A stretch of DNA of 64,000 bases from Mobula hypostoma. Taxonomy: Eukaryota. Both the position numbers and the translations under genes were made by a program. The stretch's first letter is position 1. Every line of letters begins with the position of its first letter. Below the pieces are notes generated by a model. The model saw only the letters and a program-made list of their open reading frames with translations, was not told the origin of the DNA and did not search any database. This document shows, piece by piece, positions 11,577-24,400 of this stretch. The stretch spans positions 24,430,001 to 24,494,000 of the forward strand of contig NC_086097.1 of NCBI RefSeq assembly GCF_963921235.1, read 5' to 3'.

Positions 11577-12224
11577 GTGAGAAGTATGTTTTGGTGATTT
11601 CATCCTCTGCCAAACCTTTTTGTTAATGAAGGAGATATGGTACCCCCACATGAGGTCCTGCAGTCTCATGTTGCCTAACCAATCATGACCTATCCTTCCT
11701 GTGTGTACCTCCCCCCCGTTGAATAATTCCATTGTTCCACCCACTTACTGAGTCATCTGGCCCACTTCCGAGCATTTGACCGTATGTTCCCAGCTGCGGA
11801 TTCCACACTCGCAAACAGCATACAGGCTGACCTTGTGTTTTCCTGCAGCAGATTCAGCAATCTAATTCCAGACTTCCAAGAGGGAGAACGACTCATTCAT
11901 CCAGGGCGGGTGCCTGACCTGGATCTTTCAGGGACTGTTATTTTAATGCCTTTCAGCAGGAGCACAAACTCTGGGAGATCAATACAGTGACTGCCTGCTG
12001 CAATCATCTGCTCAGTCAGTTTGCACGTTGGGAGTTAAGCTTGCTTGCTTCTGAGGGACCAGCTTCAAGGGCCATTCATCATCTGACACTAGATAATGAC
12101 CCCGTCGAAAAGTGCTTCATGCTTCTGGTTAACCTGCCCTAACAAGTTGTTTATCAGTTCCAATGAATTTGCATTGTTTCTTTCTGAATTTCAGGCTTGC
12201 TGTGATGCTCCAGACAATTACAGA

Positions 12225-12815
12225 CAGTTATAGAGTCATAAAGTTGTACAATACAGAGAAAGACCCTTCAGCCCAAATGCACCCATGCCAACCAATTTGT
12301 ATATTCAGTCAACCCCATATTTCAGCACTTGGTCCATATCCCTCTAAAGCAGGGGTTCGCAATCATTTTTATGCCATGGACCAATACCATTCAGCAACGG
12401 TCCGTGGACCCCAGGTTGAGATTCATGGCTTGAAACCTTTCCATGTATGTGCCTGACCACATCCTTTTCAATGTCTATATTCCTGAACCATGTCCTCTTT
12501 CAGCTGGTCCATTAATCTACCATCCACTGCTTAAAAATGTTGCCCCTCAGGTTCTTATTAAACCTTTCACCTCTAACCTTAAAACTATGTCATCTAGCTT
12601 TAATTCCACATCTCTGGATAAAAAATGAGATTGATCACCCAATCTATATCCCTCGTTTTTATGTGTACCTCTATGAGATCATTTATGAGTTTGCTACACT
12701 GCAAGGAGTAACGACCCAGCTTGTCTAACTGGTCCCTAAAACTGCCCCAAGTCCGAGCAACATCCTTGTAAATCTGTTTTACACTCTTCCCAATTTAATA
12801 TTATTCTTTCTATAA
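12225..12815 (-). mobile_element. Old CR1 3' fragment containing a hAT MITE
   Basis: Degenerate reverse-complement match to CR1 3' ends. Confidence 0.65.
12350..12428 (+). mobile_element. ~80-bp hAT (Charlie-like) MITE, degenerate
   Basis: Starts CAGGGGTTCGCAA after CTCTAAAG. Body matches 13668-13747. Confidence 0.7.
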
Positions 12816-12820
12816 TATTA

Positions 12821-13118
12821 GTGTGGCACATGGCCAAGTGGTTAAGGCATCGGACTAGAGATCTGAAGGTTGTGAGTTCGAGCCCCAGCCAAAGCAGCGT
12901 GTTGTGTCCTTGAGCAAGGCACTTAACCACACACTGCTCCAGTCCACCCAGCTGAAAATGGGTACCGTCAAAATGCTGGGGGTTAACCTTGCAATAGACT
13001 GGCGTCCTATCCGGGGGTGGGAATCTCGTACTCTCTGTCACTTCATGCCATGGAAACCGGCATAAGCACCAGCCTGATGAGCCTATGAGGCTCAGGACAG
13101 ACTTTAACTTTAACTTTT
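12821..13118 (+). mobile_element. tRNA-derived SINE with CORE-like domain
   Basis: A box TGGCCAAGTGG (12831-12841), B box GTTCGAGCC (12876-12884), CORE-like GTGTCCTTGAGCAAGGCACTTAAC, (ACTTTA)n tail. Confidence 0.8.
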
Positions 13119-13464
13119 AATTTTCTATGACAAGGTGATGCAAAACATCGACTGCTTATTGCTTTCCATAGATGCTGCCTGACTTTCTGAGTGCCTCCGG
13201 TACTGCGTATGTTTTACTCTGGATTTCCGCCATCTGCAGAATCTCTAGTGTCTTTTGGAATTATAGAGCCTTACAGCATAGAAACAGGCCCTTCAACCCA
13301 ACTCGTCAATGCCAGGCATGATGCCCATGTGAACTGGTCCCATCTGTCCAGTTACCTCCCAACGTTTTTCTATCCTATGCAAATGTCTTTTTGAAAGTTA
13401 TTGCGCCTGCCTGAGTCATTTCCTCCGACAGGTCCACCATAATTTTAATTAGATTTATTTTCGT

Positions 13465-13870
13465 AAACACAAGAGGTTCTACAGATGCTGGAAATCCAGA
13501 GCATCACACGCAACATGCTGAAGGAACTCAGCAGGTCAGGCAGCATCCATGGAAATGAATAAACAGAGGATGTTTTGGGCCAAGATCCATCCATCTTCGG
13601 GACTGGAAAGGAAGGGGGAAGACACTATATTAAAAAGCTGGGGGAGGGGAAAGAGGATGAGCTAGAACAGGGGTTCCCAACCTTTTTTATGCCATGGAGC
13701 CTTACCATTAACTGACGGGTCTGTGGACTCCAGGTTGGGAACCCTTGTGCTAGAAGATCATATTTCCAGTCCCAAAGAAGGGTCTCAGCCCAAACAACAG
13801 ACTGTTAATTAATTTCCAAAGATGCTGCCTGACCGGTGGAGTTCCTCCAGCATTTTATGTGTGTGTTGCT
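13465..13870. mobile_element. Palindromic Penelope-tail derivative carrying a hAT MITE
   Basis: Minus-strand tail copy (13465-13660) and plus-strand copy (13765-13870). Confidence 0.75.
13668..13747 (+). mobile_element. 80-bp hAT (Charlie-like) MITE
   Basis: TIR CAGGGGTTCCCAACC / GGTTGGGAACCCTTG and 8-bp TSD AGCTAGAA/TGCTAGAA. Confidence 0.9.
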
Positions 13871-13967
13871 CCGATTTATCACTAGAATAGGTTGTGTAAA
13901 TTGTTTTGTGGCAACAATGCAGTGCAAGACATAAAAAAAGGGTGAAATAAATAAATAAATAAATACC

Positions 13968-14170
13968 GCAACACACACACAAAATGCTGGTGAACGCAGC
14001 AGGCCAGGCAGCATCTCTAGGAAGAGGTACAGTCGACATTTTGGGCCGAGATCCTTCGTCAGGACTAACTGAAAGAAGAGATTTGAAAGTGGGAGGGGGA
14101 AGGGGAGACCCGAAATGATAGGAGAAGACAGGAGGGGGAGGGATGGAGCCAAGAGCTGGGAAGTTGATAT
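13968..14170 (-). mobile_element. Penelope-like 3' tail with partly decayed hammerhead
   Basis: Close reverse-complement match to 63620-63832. The minus strand reads AGTC-CTGACGA-AGGATCTCGGCCC-AAAA-TG-TC-GACT. Confidence 0.85.
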
Positions 14171-15074
14171 GCCAATAAATAAATAAAATTGTTTGCCAGC
14201 TTTTTTCATGACCTTAGTGTACAATCTACTTTAGTGACTGCTCGCTAAGGAAACTTCCCCATGTTAAATGTTCCCTGGGAAGATAAAACTTGGGAATGTT
14301 GCACTCCCATTGTCCAAGATGGCTCAAATGGGGGCAATATATCCAATATTTTCTTTCGAGAACTTTCAAACTTTGTTGGCTCTTTTATTCTGAAGATTTT
14401 TTCAAGAAAAACTAGACCAATAGATATTACTTCATTCTTGACAAAGTCCTAAATAACTCTCTAGTGAAGTAAAAATCGATGTTTAATTTATCACGCATCA
14501 TCAGTCAAGTCGATGTGAATTGTTCATTTTTCTTTTGAGTGTACTGAAAGTGTCAGAGGCTACTCGAAGTTTCAGATGCATTGGCTTTTAATACAATTAC
14601 AGCAACAACACCACCTTATATAGCACCTTTGACTTAATAAACCATCCCAAGAGACACTGCAGAGGTGTAATCCGATATGGCTTGACACCCGCTCCATACT
14701 TGGACAGCCAAAATGTTCAGGCACAGAGGGAGGTTTTCAGTTCTATCTTAAAATGGCAAAAGTGAAATACAAAGTCAAAGAAGGAATTTTAGTTTAGAGT
14801 CTCAGCAAAGCCAACAATTGCTGCTTATTAAAATTAGGGATGTGATATTGACAACAAAGGCTCAGGAGGGTTTAAAGCATTTGAGATTAAGGATTTGAGA
14901 CTGGGGTGAGAACTGTTAACTGGGAAGTCAGAGTAAATCAGGTTGTGCAGGGGTGATGCATAAATTCTCCTCAGGATGTTGAGGTGAGCTCACATTCATG
15001 TTGTTGTGCAGAGGGATTTGACTATCACTGTGCGCAAAATTAGCATGCAGGTGCAGCTAGTAATTATTCATTTA

Positions 15075-15273
15075 CTTAGAGATACAGCACAGTGACAGGC
15101 CTCTCTGTCCCAACAGGCCTACGCCACTTAATTGCACCCATGTGACCACTTGATCTACTGCCCTGTGTGTCTTTGGAATGAGGATGGAAACCAGAGCACC
15201 CAGAGAAAACCCACATGGTCACAGGGAGAATTGACGAACTCCTTATGGACAGCAGTGGAAAAAGAACCCAGGT
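15075..15273 (-). mobile_element. V-SINE body whose tRNA head is expanded into the adjacent minisatellite
   Basis: The minus strand has GGGTTTTCTCTGGGTGCTCTGGTTTCCATCC (V domain) and the B-box remnant CCTGGGTTC. Confidence 0.75.
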
Positions 15274-16666
15274 CACTGGCACAGTGATAGCATTACTGTT
15301 ATCACTGGCACTGTGATAGCGTGACTGTTATCACTGGCGCTGTGATAGCGTGACTGTTATCACTGGCGCTGTGATAGCGTGACTGTTATCACTGGCGCTG
15401 TGATAGCGTGACTGTTATCACTGGCGCTGTGATAGCGTGACTGTTATCACTGGCGCTGTGATAGCGTGACTGTTATCACTGGCGCTGTGATAGCATGACT
15501 GTTATCACTGGCGCTGTGATAGCATGACTGTTATCACTGGCGCTGTGATAGCATGACTGTTATCACTGGCGCTGTGATAGCATGACTGTTATCACTGGTG
15601 CTGTGATAGCATGACTGTTATCACTGGCGCTGTGATAGCATGACTGTTATCACTGGCGCTGTGATAGCATGACTGTTATCACTGGCGCTGTGATAGCATG
15701 ACTGTTATCACTGGCACTGTGATAGCATGACTGTTATCACTGGCACTGTGATAGCATGACTGTTATCACTGGCCACTGTGATAGCTTTACTATTATCACT
15801 GCCACTGTGATAGCATGACTATTATCACTGGCCACTGTGATAGCATTACTATTATCACTGGCACTGTGATAGCATTACTATTATCACAGGCACAGTGATA
15901 GCATTACTATCATCACTGGTACTGTGAGAGTATTACTATCATCACTGGTACTGTGAGAGTATTACTATCATCACTGGCCACTGTGATAGCATTACTATCA
16001 TCACTGGCCACTGTGATAGCATTACTATCATCACTGGCACAGTGATAACATCACTATCATCACTGGCCACTGTGATAGCATTACTATCATCACTGGCACA
16101 GTGATAACATTACTATTATCACTGGCCACTGTGATAGCATTACTATCATCACTGGCCACTGTGATAGCATTACTATCATCACTGGCCACTGTGATAGCAT
16201 TACTATCATCACTGGCACAGTGATAGCATTACTATTATCACTGGCCACTGTGATAGCATTACTATTATCACTGGCCACTGTGATAGCTTTACTATCATCA
16301 CTGGCCACTGTGATAGCTTTACTATCATCACTGGCCACTGTGATAGCATTACTATTATCACTGGCCACTGTGATAGCATTACTATCATCACTGGCACTGT
16401 GATAGCATTACTATTATCACTGGCCACTATGATAGCATTACTATTATCACTGCACTGTGATAGCATTACTATTATCACTGGCACTGTGATAGCATTACTA
16501 TTATCACTGGCCACTGTGATAGCTTTACTATTATCACTGGCACTGTGATAGCATTACTATTATCACTGGCCACTGTGATAGTATTACTATTATCACTGGC
16601 ACTCTGATAGCATTACTATTATCACTGGCCACTGTGATAGCATTACTATTATCACTGGCCACTGTG
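15274..16666. repeat. 29/30-bp minisatellite, ~47 units
   Basis: Units CACTGGCGCTGTGATAGCGTGACTGTTAT (29 bp) grading to CACTGGCCACTGTGATAGCATTACTATTAT (30 bp). Confidence 0.97.
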
Positions 16667-16744
16667 TCACCCAATTTAGAAAGACGTGAAATGTCAGAAC
16701 TTCAATGGTGGGCTAAAGAGACATTTTCTGATGCTGGGTGACTC

Positions 16745-17005
16745 GATGGTGTTACCAGAAAAAACATAATATGTAGGATCAGATAAGGTGATTGGAAGTG
16801 GGGGAATATCTGAAGGAGGCTGTTTACACAGAGGGTGGTGAGTGCAGGGTGGGAGCAGATATAGCAGAGAGATCTGAGAAACTCTTCGATAGGCACACAG
16901 ATGAAAGAAATGCAGAGGACTACGTGGGAGAGACATGTTAGTTTGATCTTGGAGTGGGTTACGAGGACAGCACAACATCATGGGCTGAAGGACCCGTACT
17001 GTGCC
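16745..17005 (+). mobile_element. CR1 3' end
   Basis: TTTACACAGAGGGTGGTGAGTGC ... CATGGGCTGAAGGACCCGTACTGTGC. Confidence 0.7.
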
Positions 17006-17519
17006 GTCCCATGAATGTAAGAAATTGCAGAGAGTTGTGAATGCAGCCCAATCCATTCCAAGCCCAGCCTCCCTTCCATGGACACTCTCAACACTTCTTG
17101 CTGCTTTGGGAAAGCAGATAAATAAGATATTTTTCTTTGTCACACATACACCAAAATATTGAAACATGCAATGATGTATCGGGGCAGCCCACAAGTGTCA
17201 CCATGCTTCCCGCACCATCATAGCATGGCCACAGCTTACCAACACCACCTTGTACGTCTTTGGGATGTGGGAGAAAACTGGACTACCCTGCGAACAGGGG
17301 GCGATCTCAGGGGGAGACAGTGGAGGGAACAGAACCCTGATTGCCAGTGTTGTAATAACATTATGCTGACTGCTACTTTGCACTGCAGCCAACATAATCA
17401 CTCCCCTCCTCCCCTAGTCATTCTCTCTTCTCTGCTGTTGGGTAGAAGCCTGAGAATACACACTACCACTCAAGGTAGCCTCTACCACCGTTGTGATCAG
17501 GCTCTTGAGACTCATTCCA

Positions 17520-17772
17520 CCCAGATGCAACACAGAGCATCATAGGAAGTCATTCCTGCCTGTGGCCATCAAACTTTACAACTCCTCCCTTGGAGGGTCA
17601 GACACCCTGAGCCAATAGGCTGGTCCTGGACTTATTTCCTGGCATAATTTACATGCTATTATTTAATTATGTATGGTTTTATATTGCTATATCTATACTC
17701 TATTCTTGGTTGGTGCAACTGTAACGAAACCAAATTTCCCTCGGGATCAATAGAGTATGACAATGACTATGA
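17520..17772 (+). mobile_element. Rex1/Babar LINE 3' end
   Basis: Close reverse-complement match to 52077-52320, with an (ATGACT)n-like tail. Confidence 0.85.
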
Positions 17773-17899
17773 AAGATGAACTCTTGATCTCTCAATCTAC
17801 GTCATTGTGGCCCTTCTGCACTTGCACTGCCCTTTCTCTGTAAATATAACACTACTGTTTGGTTTACTCTGCATTCTCTTATTGTGTTTCATTCTCCCA

Positions 17900-18348
17900 A
17901 CCACCGAGTACATCAACATGAAACGCTTCCTTAGGAGAGCAGCATCCATCATCAGAGATCCTCACCACCCTGGCCATTCTCTTTTCTCTCTGCTGCCATC
18001 AAAAGCCTCAGGATTCGCACCACCAGGTTCAAGTACAGTTGCTACCCCTCAACCATCGGGCTCTTCAACAAAAGGGGATAACTACTGTCACTTCCCTGTC
18101 CATCGAGATGTTTCCACAACCAGTGGTTTCACTTTAGGGAATCTTTATCCTGTAATTTCATGTTCTTGTTATTTATTGGTATTTATTTATAGTTGAATAT
18201 TGTCTTCTGCACTCGACTTCTTCTTTCAGTAATCCTGTTAGAGTTACTATTCTATAGCTCTGCTGAGTATGCCCACGGGAAATCGAATCTCAGGATTATA
18301 TGTGGTGACGTTTATGTACTCTGATAATATAATTTACTTTGAACTTTA
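17900..18348 (+). mobile_element. Rex/Babar-type LINE 3' fragment (older family)
   Basis: RRAASIIRDPHHPGHSLFSLLPS motif and (ACTTTGA)n-like tail. Related pieces at ~37590-37760, 44020-44105 and 56540-56920. Confidence 0.75.
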
Positions 18349-19419
18349 TACAGCCTCAGCGTATGGAATGATCTGTCTGGATGGCATGTGACCAGAAGCT
18401 TCCCACTATATATTCATTCATGTGACAATAGTCAACCAATTACTAATATACTAAACGTTAGACCACACAACCAGGGTCAAGGGGTTGGATAGCCTGTTCC
18501 TCTGAATGATCCAGGCCAGCACTGACGGGAGAGTTTTGACTGAGGTCCGCCTATCCCATGTTTGGAGCCTGTTGATCTCATTCATTTGGCAGGGAGCAGA
18601 AATTGAGGTGCATAGGCAGGATCTCTCACAAATGCAGCACACTTGAGTTGTGCCAACTACATCCCATGATGAGGCTGATCTTTCCAAGGACCCAATCTGT
18701 GACCTTAACATTCACATACATTTGAAATGCTCAAACAAGAGATGCCGGGTTAATGTCAAGCATAAGAATTAAACTCTCTGATAGCAACTAACTCCAAGCT
18801 TTGGCAAAGTAATTCTTAAGCAAAAATTCATGTTAAAGGATTGATCTATTGCTGATTGAGGTTAGGGCATTCATCGTAGATTCTTGCTCTCAAAGAGATT
18901 TCATTTCAGTTCCTTTCAATTTTTTTTACGAAATTGTTTTTTCTGCTTTCTAATTTCAGTGGTTTGTTGCTGAGAAAACGTTGCCGACTGGAGCGTTTTC
19001 AGAGTGCAGCATGTAATGTGTACTTTACCTGGTACAAAGGGTTGCTGATTGGCTGACAATTGATTGTGGAGCTCATTCTGCAGTGATGATATAGACTCTG
19101 CTGCTGTGCTGCGTGTTCACTGCCTTTTCAGAAGAGCAATCTCGTCTTCACTGAGTTGCAGATTCATACAGCAATATGGCACAGACACAGACCATTCAGT
19201 ACAATGAGACCAAGCCAGCCACTGTGCCCACCCTATTTCCTGCATTCAGCCCTTATCCCTCTAAGCACCTTCCCTCCACGTACCTACGTGTCCAAATGTT
19301 TCTTAGATGATACTATTATACCATCCTCAACCACTTCCTCTGGCAGATTGTTTCACATACTAACCACTTTCTGTGTGAAAAAGATTTCCCTCACAACCGC
19401 TTTCACCCTAAATCTAGCG

Positions 19420-19815
19420 TCGCTGACGTTGGTGAGGGTCCAGAGGAGGTTCGCAAGAATGATTCCAGGAATTAAAGAATTAATATATGAGGAGCACTTG
19501 ATGGGTTTGGGTCCATACTTGCTGGGTGAACGAAGGGAGTGAAGATCTCATTAACACCTATTAAATACTGAAAGGCTTATAGAGTGGATATGGAGAGGAT
19601 GTTTCCTATACGTAGTGGAATAGTCCAAGACCAGAAGGTACAGCTTCAGAATTGAAGAGCATAAATGAGCAGGAATTTCTTTAGCCAGAGGGTGGTCAAT
19701 CTGTGGAATTGATTGCCATTGAGAGCTGTGGAGGCCAAGTCATTGAGAATATTTAAAGCGAATGTTGATGGGTTCTTTATTAGTAAGGGTGTCAAAGGTC
19801 ACAGGAAGAAGGCAC
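19420..19815 (+). mobile_element. CR1 3' fragment
   Basis: VQRRFARMIPGIK motif, colinear with other CR1 copies. Confidence 0.85.
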
Positions 19816-20307
19816 TGTTCCATTTTCTATATTTAGACCAAGGCTGTGATGAGGTTTGAGGAAGTGTTGTTCTGGAAAGAACCCAAAATGGAGGTTATAA
19901 ATGAATAAATACCAGATGTTGGTACTGTCGTTGACACCTTCCATCAGATTACTGATGACTGAGAGTTGACTGATTGGGCAGCAATTAGCCAGCTAGATTT
20001 GTCCCGTATTCTATTAACTGGACTTGCCTAGGCAATTTTCTTTGTTTTTCCGCTACTGGTGAGGGAGGGCCCGTGGAGGGTGAGGAAGCCCCTCAATCTA
20101 TTGTAATCAAGTACCACCCCAGATGGCCACATGAGTGGCAACAGTCCTATCGTTTTTAAGGAAAGAAATAGAACACTACTGAAAGCATTGACTATGAATG
20201 TAAGAATGAAAAGGGATTGTACAATTTATTCTTGTAAATTTTTTTTTATTCTGAATAAAGTTTTTGATATATTAAAAAATCCATGTGCCAATGTTTCTAC
20301 TCTAGTG

Positions 20308-20387
20308 CAGTGGTCCCCAATCTTTTTTATGCCATGAACCAACACCATTAAGCAGGGGGTCCATGGACACTGGGTTGGGAACCCGTT
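20308..20387 (+). mobile_element. 80-bp hAT (Charlie-like) MITE
   Basis: Perfect 8-bp TSD CTCTAGTG (20300-20307, 20388-20395) and imperfect TIRs. Confidence 0.9.
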
Positions 20388-21146
20388 CTCTAGTGAAATA
20401 ATTTTAGTATTGGCACAGCTAGTTCTGAAGTACAGCGTTCATTGCTATTACAGTGATGTTGTCTGCTTCTATAACTTTTATTCCATTACAGGATCAGATA
20501 GAAGATCATGGCCCTATGTGCATGGAACATATTCCGGTGTTAATACTGTGGTATCATATGCAAACGAACTGGTGTCTATGAAGAATAGGCTTACGATCTC
20601 ACGCTGTCCTCCAGCAAAAGCTCATCTTGCCCAGTCCCACAAGACTATTTAGCGAATTTCCAACTGACTCGATAGGAATGAGAATCTGGGGACTTACTAC
20701 ACACTAAGCCGGATACAATCAGCACGCTCATGGTGACCAACGCTGTTAGAAATGAAGGTTAAATGTGTCAGAGTGCATTCAGAACTGAGGTTCAGGTTAA
20801 TGTAGGTGTGGGTGAGATTTGTTTAAGGATAGAAATGCGGGGCTCATAAATAAAGATAGTCAGGGATGAATTCAATAGGGGATTTCAGAAAGTGCTTCTT
20901 CATTTAATGCAGAGGCTGCCACACACGTTCACACATCATGCTGAATTGAGAGTATGAAGTGATTCCTTCGTTATCACTGGGTTGCAATAGAGTTTCGGCA
21001 GCATAGCGGTAATCTTCTGGATTAGCAATCCTGAATGCTACAGCAATGATCCGGTGGGAGAACAAATCCAAACGTGGGTGGTCAAATTCAGCTCAACATC
21101 CAGAAGTAGAAGCTGGTACTGGCCATTCCGGGGTTAAGGATGCCTG

Positions 21147-21460
21147 ACATAAGACATAAGAGCAGAAGTAGACCATTTGGCCCATTGAGTCTGCTCCACC
21201 ATTCGATTATGACTGATCTATCAACCCTCTCAAATGAATTCTCTTACCTTCTCCCCATAACCTTTGACACCCTGACTAATCAAGAACCTATCAACCCCCA
21301 CTTTAAATATAACCAATTAACTTGGCCTCCACAGCTATCTGTGGTAATGAATTCCACAGACTCACAACCCTCTTGCCAAAGAAATTTCTCTTCATCTCTG
21401 TTCTAAAGGGATGTATTTCTATTGTGAGACTGTACCCTCTGTTTCTGGACTCCCCCCTAC
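21147..21460 (-). mobile_element. CR1 3' fragment
   Basis: ESRNRGYSL..RNFFGKRVVSLWNSLPQ. Confidence 0.85.
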
Positions 21461-24400
21461 ATGTAAATAGGCTTCTACTTCTGATATTTCCCCTCCCCCC
21501 ATACTTTCCTCCAATCACCTTCAAATTATGCCCTCTTGTACTAGCATTGCCCCATGGGTAAAAGGGCTATCCACTTCCTCTATGCCTTTTATCATGTTAT
21601 ACACCTCTATCAAGACATCTGAGCCAGAAGCCTGTGATCAGGATCTGTTCCAGCAATCTATCCAGCTGCAGTTTCCGTGATACAAATGCCATTACCAAAC
21701 ATCCTCTTATGTTCTGACAAGACAGGCTAGAAGGCCTGAGATGGCCTGTTTCCGTGCTGTAATTGTTATGAGAGAAAATCTGCAGATGCTGGAAATCCAG
21801 AGCAACGCACACAAAATTATAGAGGAACACAGCAATTCATGGAGGGGTAAATACAGTCAAAATTTTGAGCCAAGACTCAATACTCCAAGTTTAAGACCCA
21901 TTTGGTTCACAAACAGACGTACATCAAGAAATGCACCCTTTACCCTGCTCCCTTGTACCTGACGGGGAAAATGGGCAAACCACACAGGTGACGCCTGAGG
22001 TCAGAATAATTAGTAATTTGAGAAAGTTGGGATATGGACAGCCTCTTTAACCACCATCAGTATATGAGTCCTATTGGAGGCCCCAGCCCGAAACATCGAC
22101 TATTTATTCCCCTCCACAGATGCTCCCTGACTTACTGTGCTCGTCCAACATTTTGTGTGTGTCCTTTCGTTTTATTACTTTTTTTGCTGATTAGGCTGAG
22201 AACACAATGCCCAAGTAAGAAAGGGTGTTTTCTTCCTGGTTCTCAGCCCTCAGATCAGTCACAACAGACGGGATAAAGCCTTGCTTCTGTCGAGATTGTT
22301 CAGTCCCCACCAGCTGCCACTTAAATCAATCAACACCTTGGAGACTGAAGCTGGCTCAGCACGATCACCTGAACATAATTTGGCCCACTGCTTGGACAAT
22401 GGCCTGAGCATAATATGCCCCACTGTTCCTTCAGCAACACCATAGACTAGAGCTCCCTGCCAATTACACTTTACCCCACAGACTATAGTGGTCTAGCAGA
22501 AGATACATCTAATGGAAAACCACATCAAGCGCCCTAGTCTTTTCAGCTTCCGATTCAATTACTTTATTGCCATATACACCAGGGTGCAATGAAATTTCCT
22601 GCTCAAGTGAAGCACACCGAGTAAATAGTGTACAGCATAATAATAAATACAGCAAGGAGCACAAAACCAACAGAATGGTGCAAAAATGGTAGTGCAATCT
22701 GGAACAGTGCATAAAGAAACGCTGAAGTGACAATAACGAGAGGTAGATTTAACAGTCGGAGAACGTGGCAGAACCACCAGGAAGGGGATGGGAAAGAGGC
22801 GATTGATTCAGAAGTCGGATAACAGCAGGAAGAAACTGTTCTTGAGTCTGTTTTTTTTAAATATTTGTTTTATTCATATCATACAGTGAAGTATGTCATT
22901 TACATCAATGACCAAAAGAGTCCAAGATCAAATAGCTCCAGGTTAGCTTCTATCTCACTATTATCACCCTTGAACAGACCTCTTGTACAATAAAGAAGAG
23001 CTGCTGATCTCTCAGTCTACCTCATCATGGCCCTTGCAGTTTATTTGTCTACCTGCTTTTCACTTTCTCTGTAACTGATTAAAGATTAGCTTTATTTGTC
23101 ACATGTATCGTACATTAAGTATTTGGCCCGTTGAGTCTGCTCCACTATTCCATTTTGGCTGTTCTATCAACCCTCTCAAATCAATATCTCACATACAGTG
23201 AAGTGTGTCGTTTACATTGAAGGTGTGCAGAGGGCAACCTGCAAGTGTTGCCATGCTTTTGGCACCAATGTAGGATGCCCTCAACTCACTAACTCGAACC
23301 CATTTGCCTTTGGAATGTGGGAGGAAACTGCAGCGTCAGGAGGAAACCCACATGGTCACAGGGAGAACATACAAACTCCTTCTAGACAACGGTGGGGATT
23401 GAACTCGGATTGCAGGCATGGTGAAGTGTCATGCTCGCCACTGTGCTACTGTGTCACCAGTTGTTTGGGTTTTCAGTCTCCTGTATCTTCTCCCAGAAAG
23501 TAGAAGATAAGATTGGTAGGCACCCTTGCCAATATTGTTGCTTTCCCGAATCAACTCACCATGAAGGTGGGTTGGATGGGAAGAAGTGATGAGCCAATGA
23601 TGGACTGGGCAGTAGTTATCACTCTCTGCAGGTTCCACAGTCTAAAACAGAGTAGCTACCATACCAGCCTAAGATACAGATCAAGATGGAGATTCTACAT
23701 GAGATCTGTAGAAGATCCAGAGAACCCTCCTGGACAAATCAAATATTTTCAGACATCTAAGAATAAGATTCCTAATTTAATGGCAAGTTCTCAGCAAGCC
23801 ATTGTGATACTGACCCAACCAGCTGAGCCCAGAATGACAATCTCCACTTAGGCAGAGCTTAAGAAGGGTCTGAGGTGAGATTCAAATCTAGAACCTGGCA
23901 GTGAAAGATCTTGGATTCAACCCTGTTGCCTCACTGTGTTCTATTTAGAGGATAGAAGGTTTAATTGCTTTGACTGGAGTAAAATTAATCTTTAAAGAAT
24001 ACAATGAAGTTCAGACTAACACATAATAATCAGTTGCATGTGGTTCTGGTATGTTAGTCAGTAAATAAGGTTGGTACAGTAGTATGTTAGCCTTGACATC
24101 AGTCCATAAATCAATACAGCCTTCCACTCTTTTACCATAATTGTATGCATCTTCAGAGAACCATGACAGATAATTACAATATCAAATTCTCCAAAGAACA
24201 AAGTTTGTTTAAGTGTCACTAATATTTGATGTCAAGTTATCATTCAAAGGCGCTGAAGTTAATTAATCCTTCAGAATCCACCCGGATACTTCTAATTGCC
24301 TCATTGTGCAGTGTGGTGGGAGAGATGGAAATTGATACAAGCCTTTTGATCTTTGATCTGTTAAACAAGATTTAAAGGGAATTCTCTGTCCTATCAGAAG

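Noticed and set aside
12821..12895. Possible tRNA gene
   Set aside because: A and B boxes are present, but there is no proper acceptor stem and the sequence continues into a SINE body and tail.
16090..16514. Repetitive ORFs (MASDNSNAITV.., MIALLLSLATV..)
   Set aside because: Translation artefacts of the 30-bp repeat units, broken wherever a 29-bp unit occurs.
15274..16666. CRISPR-like array (palindromic ~29-bp repeats)
   Set aside because: Units are directly adjacent with no unique spacers, there are no cas genes, and the context is eukaryotic. It is a minisatellite.
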